Shown: in pieces, positions 47,091 to 56,858 of the stretch
Layout: the number at the start of each line of letters is the position of its first letter
Numbering within the stretch: the stretch's first letter is position 1
IMG/VR virus record: IMGVR_UViG_3300031754_000001
Coordinates: 64,001 to 128,000 of that record
Reading direction: 5' to 3' (one strand)
DNA length: 64,000 bases
Source: a virus
The notes under the pieces: generated by a model
Seen by the model: only the letters and a program-made list of their open reading frames with translations
Databases searched by the model: none
What the model was told of the DNA's origin: nothing
Translations under genes and position numbers: made by a program

Positions 47091-47927
47091 ATGCCGCTGC
47101 GGGACGCGGGCGCGCCGCCCGGTTACGTGATCGGGTACGACGCCATCCGGGTGAACGCCGCCAGCCTGCCGAAGGGCGCGCAGGCGTACGCGGGGTACTC
47201 CACCGGTTCCGGCGTCGTGCCGTGGCCGGATTCGCTGTTCGCCTCCTACGCCACTGCGCTCGGCCCGTGCCTGCGCATCGACCAGGACCCGGCCGCCTCG
47301 GATCCCACCGCGGACTACCTGGACGTGGAGCGCGGCGCGGCCACGGTCGCCGACTGCCCCGGCTGGGCCAGGCAGGCGATGGCTGACATCAGGGCGGTCC
47401 GGCGCAGGGGCCAGCGCTCCCCCGCCATCTACGCGTCCGCCTCGGCCGTCACCTCCGTGGTCAACGCGCTCCTCGCCGGCGGCATCCCCTCCGGGGTCGG
47501 CCTGATCATCGCCGACTGGAACCTCACCGAGGTGACGGCGATCGCCGGCGTGCTGGCCGCGGCCGGGCCGTTCCCGGTGGTCGGCATCCAGTTCGCCGAT
47601 CCCGGGCCGTACGACGTCAACATCTTCAGCCGGGCGTGGCTGGCCGGCCAGGCCGGGGGCGCGCCCGCGCCTGCCCCGGTTCCCGTCCCCGTCCCGGCCG
47701 CGGTGATCACGCTCTCGCTCACGCTGCCCGTCCTGGTCCTGGACGCCGCGGGCGAGGACGTGAAGTCGGCCCAGGGCCTGCTGAACGCCCGCGGCTACCC
47801 GGTGACCGTCGATGGGACGTACGGCCCGGCCACCAGGGCGGCGGTCACCGCGTTCCAGCATGCTGCCGGGCTGGCCGCGGACGGGATTACCGGGCACGAC
47901 ACCTGGCTGGGGCTGCACAAGCGCTGA
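47091..47927 (+). CDS. Endolysin: glycoside-hydrolase-like (GH25/DUF1906-type) domain + peptidoglycan-binding domain
   Basis: AGY..DVERG..PAIY..IADW..IQF..YDVN; Pro/Val linker; GEDVKSAQ.LL..VDGTYG.AT..AV..FQ..GL.ADGI.G..TW. Confidence 0.8.
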   Translation: MPLRDAGAPPGYVIGYDAIRVNAASLPKGAQAYAGYSTGSGVVPWPDSLFASYATALGPCLRIDQDPAASDPTADYLDVERGAATVADCPGWARQAMADIRAVRRRGQRSPAIYASASAVTSVVNALLAGGIPSGVGLIIADWNLTEVTAIAGVLAAAGPFPVVGIQFADPGPYDVNIFSRAWLAGQAGGAPAPAPVPVPVPAAVITLSLTLPVLVLDAAGEDVKSAQGLLNARGYPVTVDGTYGPATRAAVTAFQHAAGLAADGITGHDTWLGLHKR

Positions 47928-47957
47928 GGTGGCTGTCTCATCCGGTATTGTTGACAT

Positions 47958-48179
47958 ATGCCGAGAAGTGACTGCGGGGCCTGTAAGCGCTGGTTCAGCG
48001 GCGTGTCCGCGTTTGATCTTCACCAGGCTCTCGGTCCGGATGGCCTGGTGTGCCGGGATCCGGCAGTGCGAGGTCTCGAACTCGGGAATGACGGAATCTG
48101 GCGCTGGCCACGCCGTGGGGATGGCCCGGAAGCGCGGCGGGGCGATCACAGGGCTGTTTTCAGGGATGTCCTGGTGTGA
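47958..48179 (+). CDS. FDXHR-type zinc-binding phage protein
   Basis: CGAC...FSG..AFDLHQ...C.DP...GL. Confidence 0.65.
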   Translation: MPRSDCGACKRWFSGVSAFDLHQALGPDGLVCRDPAVRGLELGNDGIWRWPRRGDGPEARRGDHRAVFRDVLV

Positions 48180-48217
48180 TGGGCTAGGGTCAGGGTTCCG
48201 GGTCCTTAGAATCGCGT

Positions 48218-48586
48218 ATGGGCACGCCGCACCCGAGGGGCCACCGCTGGGAGGCTTTCGCCCGCGCGGTCATCTCGCATTACGGCGGCTTGTGCCACAT
48301 CTGCGGGCACGGGGGAGCCCGGCAGCCGGACCACGTGATCAGCATCGCCGACCGGCCGGACCTGGCCTGGAAACTGGAGAACTGCCGGCCGGCCCACGGT
48401 GCGCCCGGGAACCCGTGCCCGGTCTGCACCGCGGAGTGCGGTCGGCGGGTGTTCTGTAATCAATTGCGCGGCGCCATGTCAGTGGGCAGGGCTCAGCGGA
48501 TCATCGCGGAGTGGCGCGAGGCGAACCGCGGTGCCCGGCCGCCGGGCCGGCCAGAACCGGACACGGCGGCCGGGCGGCCGTGGTGA
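48218..48586 (+). CDS. HNH endonuclease
   Basis: CHICG..DHV....PDL....N.RPAH...CN; TAGAAT -10 at 48207, probably leaderless. Confidence 0.85.
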   Translation: MGTPHPRGHRWEAFARAVISHYGGLCHICGHGGARQPDHVISIADRPDLAWKLENCRPAHGAPGNPCPVCTAECGRRVFCNQLRGAMSVGRAQRIIAEWREANRGARPPGRPEPDTAAGRPW

Positions 48587-48822
48587 TCACCTGCTCCGCG
48601 AGGATCGTTCGCAGTCGCGGCAGAGATAGTCCCCGGCCGGGATCTCGTCTCCGCAATCGGCGCAGTAGTCAACCGCGTTTTCCAGCATGTCCTGTGACTG
48701 GTTGGCCTGGGGCGTGCGCGTTCTCCTGATGATTCCCACGATGGGCTGCACCTCCCTCCAGTTGAAGGCGGCCTGCTCGTCCGGTGGCCCGCCAGGTCCT
48801 GCCTGGGCTGCCATGCGTCCTC

Positions 48823-49587
48823 CTAGGAGTCTTGCCCGGGTAACTCCCCCGGGTTCACGGTTTCGTGCCGTTCGTGCGGGGAATCCGGGCACCGGACTGC
48901 TGCGTCGTACCCGTCTCGGGCCTCGGTTAGCCCGCGCACTATCACGTCCACCTGGTTGGCGGCCACGGTTACCGGCTGCCCGCACCACTGGCAGGTGCTC
49001 GCGCCGGGTTCGGTGACAGGCTCGCCGCGTTTGCGCCGGGCAGCGGTCATCCCGGTTTCGAGGCTGACGATGACGGGCATGGCCGCCACTGCCAGCTCCC
49101 GGGCCGTGTTCTCGCCGAGCCCCCGCGCGGCCAGCGCGCTCTTGAGGTTCGCGACGTCGGTGGCGATGTTCTCGATCTCGCTGATAGTCAGTGCCATGGT
49201 CAGTTTCCTGTCTCGATCAGGCTCGCCTGATCCGGGCGTTATCCCGGTGAAGTGCGCGCTGCTGCGAGCCCGGCCGGCTACCGCCGCCTTGATCTGGCTC
49301 TCGATCTCGCGTAGCGGCGTGTCCAGCCGCTCGATGCCCAGCGCGGCGCAGGCCGCCCGGCGGGCCTCTAGCACGGAAGCCGGCAGCTCCTTCCGGATTA
49401 CGCTTAGCATGGCGTTCTGGTTCGCCTCGTGCAGCAGGGTGGCCAGCGCGGTGATCAGGGCCGGGTCCGGCTCGGCCAGGGCTACGGTTTTGATCCAGTC
49501 CCTGGCGAGCGCCAGGACCGCTGTTCGCGCCTCTGCCGTAGTCCGTACGGCCGGGTCTGCCGGGCCGCCTTCGGCGAAGGCTTCCAT
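48823..49587 (-). CDS. Hypothetical protein (possible internal start MALTISE at 49198)
   Basis: Continuous ORF with an internal CAGGAAA RBS. Confidence 0.5.
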   Translation of the reverse strand: MEAFAEGGPADPAVRTTAEARTAVLALARDWIKTVALAEPDPALITALATLLHEANQNAMLSVIRKELPASVLEARRAACAALGIERLDTPLREIESQIKAAVAGRARSSAHFTGITPGSGEPDRDRKLTMALTISEIENIATDVANLKSALAARGLGENTARELAVAAMPVIVSLETGMTAARRKRGEPVTEPGASTCQWCGQPVTVAANQVDVIVRGLTEARDGYDAAVRCPDSPHERHETVNPGELPGQDS

Positions 49588-49963
49588 GATGTCGCCGGCC
49601 AGGGCTCGGCGGCGGCGGTGACCAGACCGGAATCCCCCCCGGGCTCGCGGTACCCGAGGAACCGGAGCATTCGCCCGGCCACGGTGTCGCTAGCGTAGAT
49701 GATGACGCTGCCGCCCAGTCCGGGCTCGGCGCTGATCCCGGCGGCCAGGAAGCGGGTGGCCAGGCCCCGCGCGGTCTCCATCCAGGCTGCGGTCCCGGTC
49801 TTTCACGGGTTTCCCTCCAGGAGGGTCAGGTCAGATTCGGGCCAGCTCACCGGCTGGGCGGCGCAGTCAGCCAGCACTACCCAGCGCCCGGGGGCGGCGG
49901 CGGCCTTGCGGATGATGATGCCCTTGACCCCGAGCGGGCCGATGAGCACCTGGTCCCCGGTTT

Positions 49964-50746
49964 TCATACCGGGCTGTCACCCAGCAGGTCAGCAGCTTCG
50001 GACCGCCATTCGTCCATCTGGTCATCGGCCGGGTTATCCGGCGTGACTGTGCCAGCGCCCTTGCAGTTCTCGCAGTCCGGTGCGCTGGCCATCAGGTCAT
50101 GGGTAGCCTTGCCGGTGCCCTCGCAGGATTCGCAATCCGTTTCCCCGGGCTCGGGCAGGTCCGGGACCACGGCGTTGCGGATCTCGTCAGCCCAGTCGCG
50201 CAGGCGCTCGGCGGCGTCCTTGAGATCCTGGGACTGCCCGGTCTCGTGCTGGAATCCCTCCTCCACGTTCTGGCCGGCCTCGTCCTTCTCGTCCGCGATC
50301 TCCTCGACCAGCCCGGCCGCGTCGGACAGCGCGTTCTCCACGTCCTCGGTGCAGGTGGCCGAGGAGATGTCCTCGCGGTAGACGTGCTCGATCTCGGCCA
50401 GCCGAGCCCACAGCGCGCTGGTCAGTTCCCAGGGCTGCCAGCCGGGGCAGCTCGCGCAGCGGACCCGGCGCTGCCCGCCGTACGGGCCGGACTTGGGCTG
50501 GACCCACTTGTACGGGTCACCGGGGTGTTCCGTGTTGCGCGGCCGGATGACTGCCTGGCAGCGCTCGCAGGTCTCCGGATCCAGCGGCTGGTTTTTATCA
50601 GCTGCGGTGATGGTCATGGTGACCGGCTGGCCGGTCTTGGTGGTCCGGGCAATCGGGGTGACTAGCGGCTCGCCGGTCGTCTCGTCCAGGACCGGTACGC
50701 GGGCGTAACGCGGCTGGGCGTGCCCGATGTGGTGAATTCTCGGCAT
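49964..50746 (-). CDS. Hypothetical protein with CxxC pairs and DnaJ-like CxxCxGxG repeats
   Basis: CESCEGTG and CENCKGAG; acidic coiled coil. Confidence 0.65.
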   Translation of the reverse strand: MPRIHHIGHAQPRYARVPVLDETTGEPLVTPIARTTKTGQPVTMTITAADKNQPLDPETCERCQAVIRPRNTEHPGDPYKWVQPKSGPYGGQRRVRCASCPGWQPWELTSALWARLAEIEHVYREDISSATCTEDVENALSDAAGLVEEIADEKDEAGQNVEEGFQHETGQSQDLKDAAERLRDWADEIRNAVVPDLPEPGETDCESCEGTGKATHDLMASAPDCENCKGAGTVTPDNPADDQMDEWRSEAADLLGDSPV

Positions 50747-50935
50747 CGTGATCTCCGGATCTTTGCTCTCAGGTTGTGCTGCAGGGCGGGCTATTCAGCT
50801 CGGCGGCCAGGATCTCGGCGTCACCCTCGTCCATCTCGTCCTGGCCGCCGTCCAGCTCCTCCCAGCGGAGCAGGTACCGGTCCCATACGCCGTGCCGGCC
50901 GTTCCGCTCGCGGATCTCGAACCGGGCGGTGCCGG

Positions 50936-52454
50936 TCATCGTGCTTCCTGCTTATCCAGGCCCAGCCGGAGCCGGTACACGTGCTCGATGTGGGCGACGT
51001 CGGCCCGGTAGCGGCGCGTCTCGGTCTCGATCCGGTCCAGGTGATCGTTCATCGCGTTCTGGAGCAGGACGTGACGTTCCTTCTCGGCCGCCTCGGCGGG
51101 GGTCAGGGGCAGGGCGTCATTCATGGCAGTCTCCGTTTTCAGGCCCCGTTGCAGGGCGGGTCATTCAGGCTCAGGCCGGGCCAGGACACCTGCTCGCGGA
51201 CCCGGCGTCTCCGTCCGGCCAGTCCGGTGATCCCGGCGGCGGGCTCGGGCGGCGGCGGCGGGACGGCCGGGAGCAGTTCCGCGCCCGAGCGGAAGGTCTC
51301 CCGGCCATCGGCGTACTCCCGGACCGTCCTGGTCACGCGCCCGTCCGTCCGGGTGATCACCTGGGTGAAACCGCCGGCGGACAGCTGGACGGCGCGCTGG
51401 AGGGCGCCGTGCTTCCCGCACAGGCCGTCCAGGGTGGCCGGGAAGTACTCCGGCTCGCCCTGGCCGGGAGTGACCGCGTAGAAGCTACCCAGCCGGGTGA
51501 CGGATGCGGTCATGACCAGCAGCCTCCTCGCGGGTTTCCGGCCGGATTTCAGCTGGCGGGTCGCAGGCCTTGCTCAGCTCCCGGTGGATCGTGACGAACT
51601 CGGAGTGCAGGGATCTCAGCGCCGGGTTCAGGTCGGCCCACAGGCCGAGCTGGCGGACCAGGTATTCCAGCCTGGACAGGGGCGGGCGGGTTCGCTGCAG
51701 CTCATTCGCATGACCGTAGCTGGTCATGTCAGTCCACCTCCGGGTTGGCGATTCCGTATACGTCCACCTGGTTGTCGCTGGTTGTGCCCGTTTCCGCCGG
51801 GCGGGCGCAGTCCTGGTTATGCCTGGCGGCCCGGATGCCGTTAGCCAGCGCGGTCTCGGAGGAGCCCCACATGTACCTGGATGCGTGCTCGCGCTTGTCC
51901 GGGCCGGTCAGGATGTAGCGCCACGTCTGCCGTCCGTCCGGGGCCTGCTGCGTGTCCAGCTCGTACCCGCGTGGCAGGCCGGGGATGGCGGGCCGTTCCT
52001 GGCCGTCCAGCAGGATCGCCAGCGCGGTCAGGACGTGCGCGATCGCCGACTGCGCCAGCCCGTGGTAAGCCGCCTCGCCGGGTGCGCGGGAGCGCAGGGT
52101 GCGCAGGTCAGCCTGCGCCTGCGTGATGTGCTGGGCGATGGTCACGGTCTCGGTCATTGGTCAGTTCTCCTTGCTTGTGCCCGCGCGGCCGGTCATCGGT
52201 TATCTTCCGCCGCGCAGGGTCCGGCGCTCATCTTCGCGGATTTCCCGCTCCCGGACCTTCTCGCGGACTTTGCGGTAGACGTTGTTGAGCGCCATGGTGG
52301 TCAGCCCCCACCCGCCGACCAGCAGCCACGTCGGCAGCGAGTTGTCCGGGGCCAGTGCCGCGCCGGCGAGAACCAGCCCGATCCCGGCCAGGATCAGGAG
52401 GCTCGTCCAGCCGGTGAGTTTTCCGTTGTCGTTCATGTCAGTGCTCCTCGTCAT
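50936..52454 (-). CDS. Run of small hypothetical proteins (50936-51124, 51139-51513, 51485-51727, 51729-52157, 52200-52454 membrane)
   Basis: Same-strand packed ORFs with GGAG-type RBS. Confidence 0.55.
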
Positions 52455-53442
52455 TATCGTCTTCTGGTTCGGCGTAGCCCTGGTCCCGCAGGTACGCCAG
52501 CACCTCGTCCCAGTTCTGGGTCAGGGCGCGGAGCTGCGCTTTCTCCCGTTCTTCGCGATCCAGCCGGGCCTGGCGCAGGGCCAGGTCCACGTGCCCCCGG
52601 ATGGCCTCGTCTACCAGGGCGTCCAGCGCGGCGGGTTCGATCGCGTCCAGCTCCCAGCACCGGGCCTCGCCGGGCTCGTCCACGTCCGGGTCGTGGAACC
52701 GGTCGATGTAGTCGGCGGCCCGGCTGTCGGTGATCTTGGCCGGGCTCGGCGGCGGGTTCAGCGCGAGCACCTGGTCCATGTTCAGCGCGATCCGGTCCAC
52801 CGTCACGACGGCCCGGAACATCGCCAGCCGGTCCTCGATGTCCCGGGTCATGTCCAGCCCGGACGGGTCATGGTCGCCCAGGTGGATGATCGTGCACTTG
52901 CGGCCGTCCCGGGTCCGGCGGCGCAGCCGCAGTGCGGCGTCGTGCATCGCGGACTGGGAGACGTAGCCCTTGCAGGCGAACGTGGTCACGTCCCAGCGGC
53001 TAGCCGGGCGGCTGATGACTTCGGCCAGGGCTTCCTTCTCCACCCACGCCTCGACGTACTCGGGCTGGCCGTCCCAGTGCGTGATGCCGTACTGGTCCGC
53101 GCTGGACTCCACGATGTCGCGCGGGCTGTCCCAGCCGGAGTCCCCGCCCGCCGGCCGGCGCCCGCGGTCGGTGAGGTGGCTCCAGTCGATCATCCCGGCG
53201 ATCCGCCCGTTGGACACCAGGTCCCCGAGCCATTTGTAGTTCCGCTCGGTGTTCTTGGTGCCGGACACCGGGTCGGCCCGGCTGTCCGGGAAGGCATCCG
53301 TGGCGATGAAACGGTAATAAAGCTGCCTGAGTGTCAGCTGGTAACCCTGGTTCGCGTAGTCCTGGCAGATCCGCTCGGCCTCGGTGACGACATCACGGGC
53401 AGCGGCGGTGAACGTGCGCGGTTCGTACAGGACTTTGCTCAT
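52438..53442 (-). CDS. Topoisomerase VI subunit A / Spo11-like Toprim protein
   Basis: LTLRQLYY winged-helix with Tyr; VEK.A; KGY.S; LGDHDPSG Toprim DxD; WELDA. Confidence 0.75.
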   Translation of the reverse strand: MSKVLYEPRTFTAAARDVVTEAERICQDYANQGYQLTLRQLYYRFIATDAFPDSRADPVSGTKNTERNYKWLGDLVSNGRIAGMIDWSHLTDRGRRPAGGDSGWDSPRDIVESSADQYGITHWDGQPEYVEAWVEKEALAEVISRPASRWDVTTFACKGYVSQSAMHDAALRLRRRTRDGRKCTIIHLGDHDPSGLDMTRDIEDRLAMFRAVVTVDRIALNMDQVLALNPPPSPAKITDSRAADYIDRFHDPDVDEPGEARCWELDAIEPAALDALVDEAIRGHVDLALRQARLDREEREKAQLRALTQNWDEVLAYLRDQGYAEPEDDNDEEH

Positions 53443-53714
53443 GTGTTTCTCCTGGTATCAGCCGGGGCCTGGTCGGGCAGCGTATCCACGTAGGCTGCCT
53501 TGGTGCGCCAGCATCGCCCGCAGGTGCCGCATTCCACCAGCGAGTAATCGCTGTACGTCCAGTGGTAGCCGTTGAAGGCCGAGAAGTTGCATTTGCGGTT
53601 CACGACTGTCCAGGCGGCCCGGTGCTCGCGCATGCAGGTCACCGTGCGCTCGCGCTCCCGGGCGGACTGGCCGTACTGCGTCGGGAACGAGGCTGCCGGG
53701 ATGAAGTGCGTCAC
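53439..53714 (-). CDS. Small zinc-binding protein
   Basis: FSAFNGY...SDYS.V.C..CG..WRTKA.Y. Confidence 0.6.
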   Translation of the reverse strand: MTHFIPAASFPTQYGQSARERERTVTCMREHRAAWTVVNRKCNFSAFNGYHWTYSDYSLVECGTCGRCWRTKAAYVDTLPDQAPADTRRNT

Positions 53715-54394
53715 GGGGCATCGTCTCCGTACCGGAGCCACCGGGCTATCTCGGCCGGGCTGCGCTGGGACATGCCCGCTGCATCGCAGGTGATCCCCAG
53801 TGTGCGGATCAGTTCAGCCAGCCGGCGGGTCATGGCGGTCAGTTCCGGGGCCGGGTCCCGGCTCGTGGGCGCAGGCGGCGCGAACCGGGCCAGGATGCCG
53901 GCCTTCGACGGGCCGGCGCCCGGTCCCTGGCGGATCTGGTCGCGCAGTGCGCGCAGTGCGGCCTGGGCCTGGATGATCCGCGTCACGATGTGATCCGGGC
54001 TGTTCAGGCCTTCCAGGATCATGCCGAGGGCCGTGTAGACGTCCGGCTGGTTCCGGTAGTCCAGTTCGGCGCGCAGGTTTGCGCTGGATGCGTTGACGAC
54101 GGTGATGTCCGGGCTTACCGGGCTCTGCATGCCATCTGACCGGATTTCCCGGCTGATCACGTCTGGTTCCGGCCGGCCGGAAGTTCCGGGCTGGCCGGAC
54201 AGTACCGCCGCGTCCAGGGCCTGGAGCCGGGTCAGGTCCCCGGCAGGGACGATCGCGGCGACGGTCCGGCCGCCGGATACGACTGCGGTGCGCTGGTCCT
54301 GATCGGAAGCCAGGTCCAGTGCACCCTCCAGTTCCTCCAGGCGGATCTCGCTGTCGCTGATATCGGCGTTCAGGGTACGGATGCGGTCAGTCAC
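53711..54394 (-). CDS. Protein with N-terminal Phd/YefM-like domain fused to an unrelated C-terminal part
   Basis: LEGALDLA...QRTAVVSGGRTVAAIVPAGDLTRLQAL. Confidence 0.55.
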   Translation of the reverse strand: MTDRIRTLNADISDSEIRLEELEGALDLASDQDQRTAVVSGGRTVAAIVPAGDLTRLQALDAAVLSGQPGTSGRPEPDVISREIRSDGMQSPVSPDITVVNASSANLRAELDYRNQPDVYTALGMILEGLNSPDHIVTRIIQAQAALRALRDQIRQGPGAGPSKAGILARFAPPAPTSRDPAPELTAMTRRLAELIRTLGITCDAAGMSQRSPAEIARWLRYGDDAP

Positions 54395-56815
54395 CGGGTG
54401 TCTCCTCATCGATGTCGTTCTGGCTTGCGCCGTAGCGCGGGTACGGATCCTGGCCGCCTAGGTCATTCACCTGGTGTCCCATGACCGCGTAGCTGATCGT
54501 CAGCCGGAGCAGCCAGTCTGCGGCAGGTTCGCCCGGCTCGCGGACTGCCCAGGCAGGCAGCTGGCCCGGGGCAGGTTCGCCGCAGGCCCGGACGGCCCGG
54601 TACGCTGGCTCCGCCCTGATCGCGGTGGTCACGGTGTCCTCCTGGGGCGGCAGCTGGCGCTGCTGCGGTACCCGGCAGGATCCCGGGCCGGACGGCGGGC
54701 GGCGGCGGGTCCTGGTGCTGGTTCTGGTGCCGGGGCGGGTGCGGCCGGCTCTGGCGCCGGGGCAGCCAGCGCGGCCGGCACCTGGCCGTCGCCGAACTGG
54801 GCGAGGACCCGCTTCCGGGACACGAGGCCCGCGGTTACCGCGACTGCTGCCCGGTCCGCGTGGATGAGCAGCGGCGGGTCCCGGTCCAGGCAGACCATCT
54901 CGGTCCAGGCCGGGTGATCCCGGTCGCAGCCGGTCCCGGCCCCGGCCTCGCAGACCGGGCAGGACGGCGAGAGCAGCCCCCGGACCAGGCTGGCCCGCTG
55001 GCGCTCCCGGGCAGCGGCCTGCCAGCCGGGCGGCTGTTCCAGCCCGGTCAGCCGGGCGAGAAACCCCATGTCAGGTCTCCTGTTCCGCGGCGGCGGCCCG
55101 CGTGCACGGGCATTCGCCGTCGCATGAGATGATCGCGGCGGTCAGGGCAGCGGTGAATTCCGGCTGCATTGCCGCCAGCAGCTCGCGGACGATTGCGCAG
55201 TTACGCTCAGCCTGGCTGGCCGAGTCCGGGTAAGGGTGGCAATTCGGCCATTCGCCGAAGCAACGGGTTGAGCGCCCGTGATGCTGACAGCCGGTATCGG
55301 CGTCGCCGTCCGTGGCACGGTAACGGATTTCGTGTTCGCGTGTGCAGATTTCCCTGACCGTGCGGGGCTGGTGATCCTGGCTCATTGGCAGTGGCTCCAG
55401 GGTTATCGGGTCTTACCGTTCCGGGCGCGGGAGTTCAGGCCCGGAACAGATAATGCAGGCGATCGCCCAGATCGCCAGGACTATCGCGCCGGGCGCGGGC
55501 AGGACGCAGGCGGCGAGCAGGCTGACGGGGATCATGATGGGCGCTTTCGCACGGAGCTGAGGAACACGCTCACGCGCCGGCCGCTGGTTGAGAGCACGAT
55601 GGCGTCACCGGACCGGTTCGGGTCGCCCGGGTTATCCACCGGGCTTTCGTAGGTGCCGTTGAACCAGCGCTGCTTCCCCAGTTCCTGGAACTGCACGGGC
55701 TCGCCCGGGACGAGCGGGATCAGCTGGTTCTCCAGGTCGCGGAACACGCTTTCGTCCAGTCGTCCTGATGGTCCCCAGCGTGCGCGGATCTTACCCAGGA
55801 TGCGCAGTACTTCAGCGTGACTGATGCGGGTGCCTTCGGGCTTTTTCGCGATGCCAGGGCAGTTGAGGGTCAGTCCGCCGATGGGTGAGTGGAAGTGCTG
55901 GTCGTGCGGCCAGGTCATCCAGCAGTTGGGGGGTTCGCAGGCCTGCCGGTTTACTCCGGCGTTACCGGGACTTGGCATGTCAGTTCTTCCTGGCCCGGTC
56001 GTTGCGGTGCAGGATGGCGAGGGTGGCGTTCAGCATTTCGGCGGCCTGTGCCCAGTCGCCGGGGATATGCGTGATGGTGCGCGCGATCTGCTCCAGCGCC
56101 TCGCCGTCGTCCAGGTAGTCATCAGGCAGCGGCTCGAAGTCCTTCCCGAGTGTGTGGTACCGGACCGGGGTGGGCCGTGGCGAGAACTGGTCATCCATGG
56201 TCACGTCCACCCCGGACTGGGGCGGGAAGAATTCGTCGCCCGGGTGCTGCCAGGTGCCGGTGACACGCCCGGTTGTCCGGCTGTCCTGGCGGCGTACTCG
56301 TTGCCCAACGTTAAATCTCGGTTCGGTGGTCTTGTCGGTCATGATCGCGGTTCTCCCTGTTCGCAGTGCCCTGCTTGATCACCTGGTGTTCGCGAGGGCG
56401 GAGATCGCCGGGAAACGCTGCGGTCAGTCCACCCGTTCCGGTAGGCCGTGTGGACAGCCTGGGCAATTCCCTGCGCGCCCGGGTTCGCGGCGGCGGTCGC
56501 CTGCCACACCGGGTCAGAGCCCCCGGTTTCGACAATGGTGGGGATTGCGTTGCCGGGTCCGTAGTAGGCCCATGGCCCGCGCCCGTCTTCGTCCGGGCCG
56601 GCTGTGTCGTAGTGCACGCTGATGATCAGCTGGCCGTCCCGGGCGTAGGCGTACACCTGGATGCCGCCGTTGCCGTCTTCGTCGCCGGCCAGCACGATGC
56701 AGGGCAGCGCCTCGGCGTCATTGTTCCCGGTGGCCGGCTGGTACGGCAGGAACATCGCGTACTGGTTGATCTGCTTGTCGGTCAGGGTTCGGGCGGGGGC
56801 GTGCGCGTCAGTCAT
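54387..56815 (-). CDS. Run of small hypothetical proteins (54387-54632, 54629-55069, 55071-55385, 55532-55978, 55980-56342, 56339-56815)
   Basis: Packed minus-strand ORFs; 55980 begins with an SH3/KOW-like RFNVGQRVR..TGRV. Confidence 0.55.
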
Positions 56816-56858
56816 GATCGTGGCTCTCCTGTCTGGGATGTTCCGACTGGTCGGAAGG

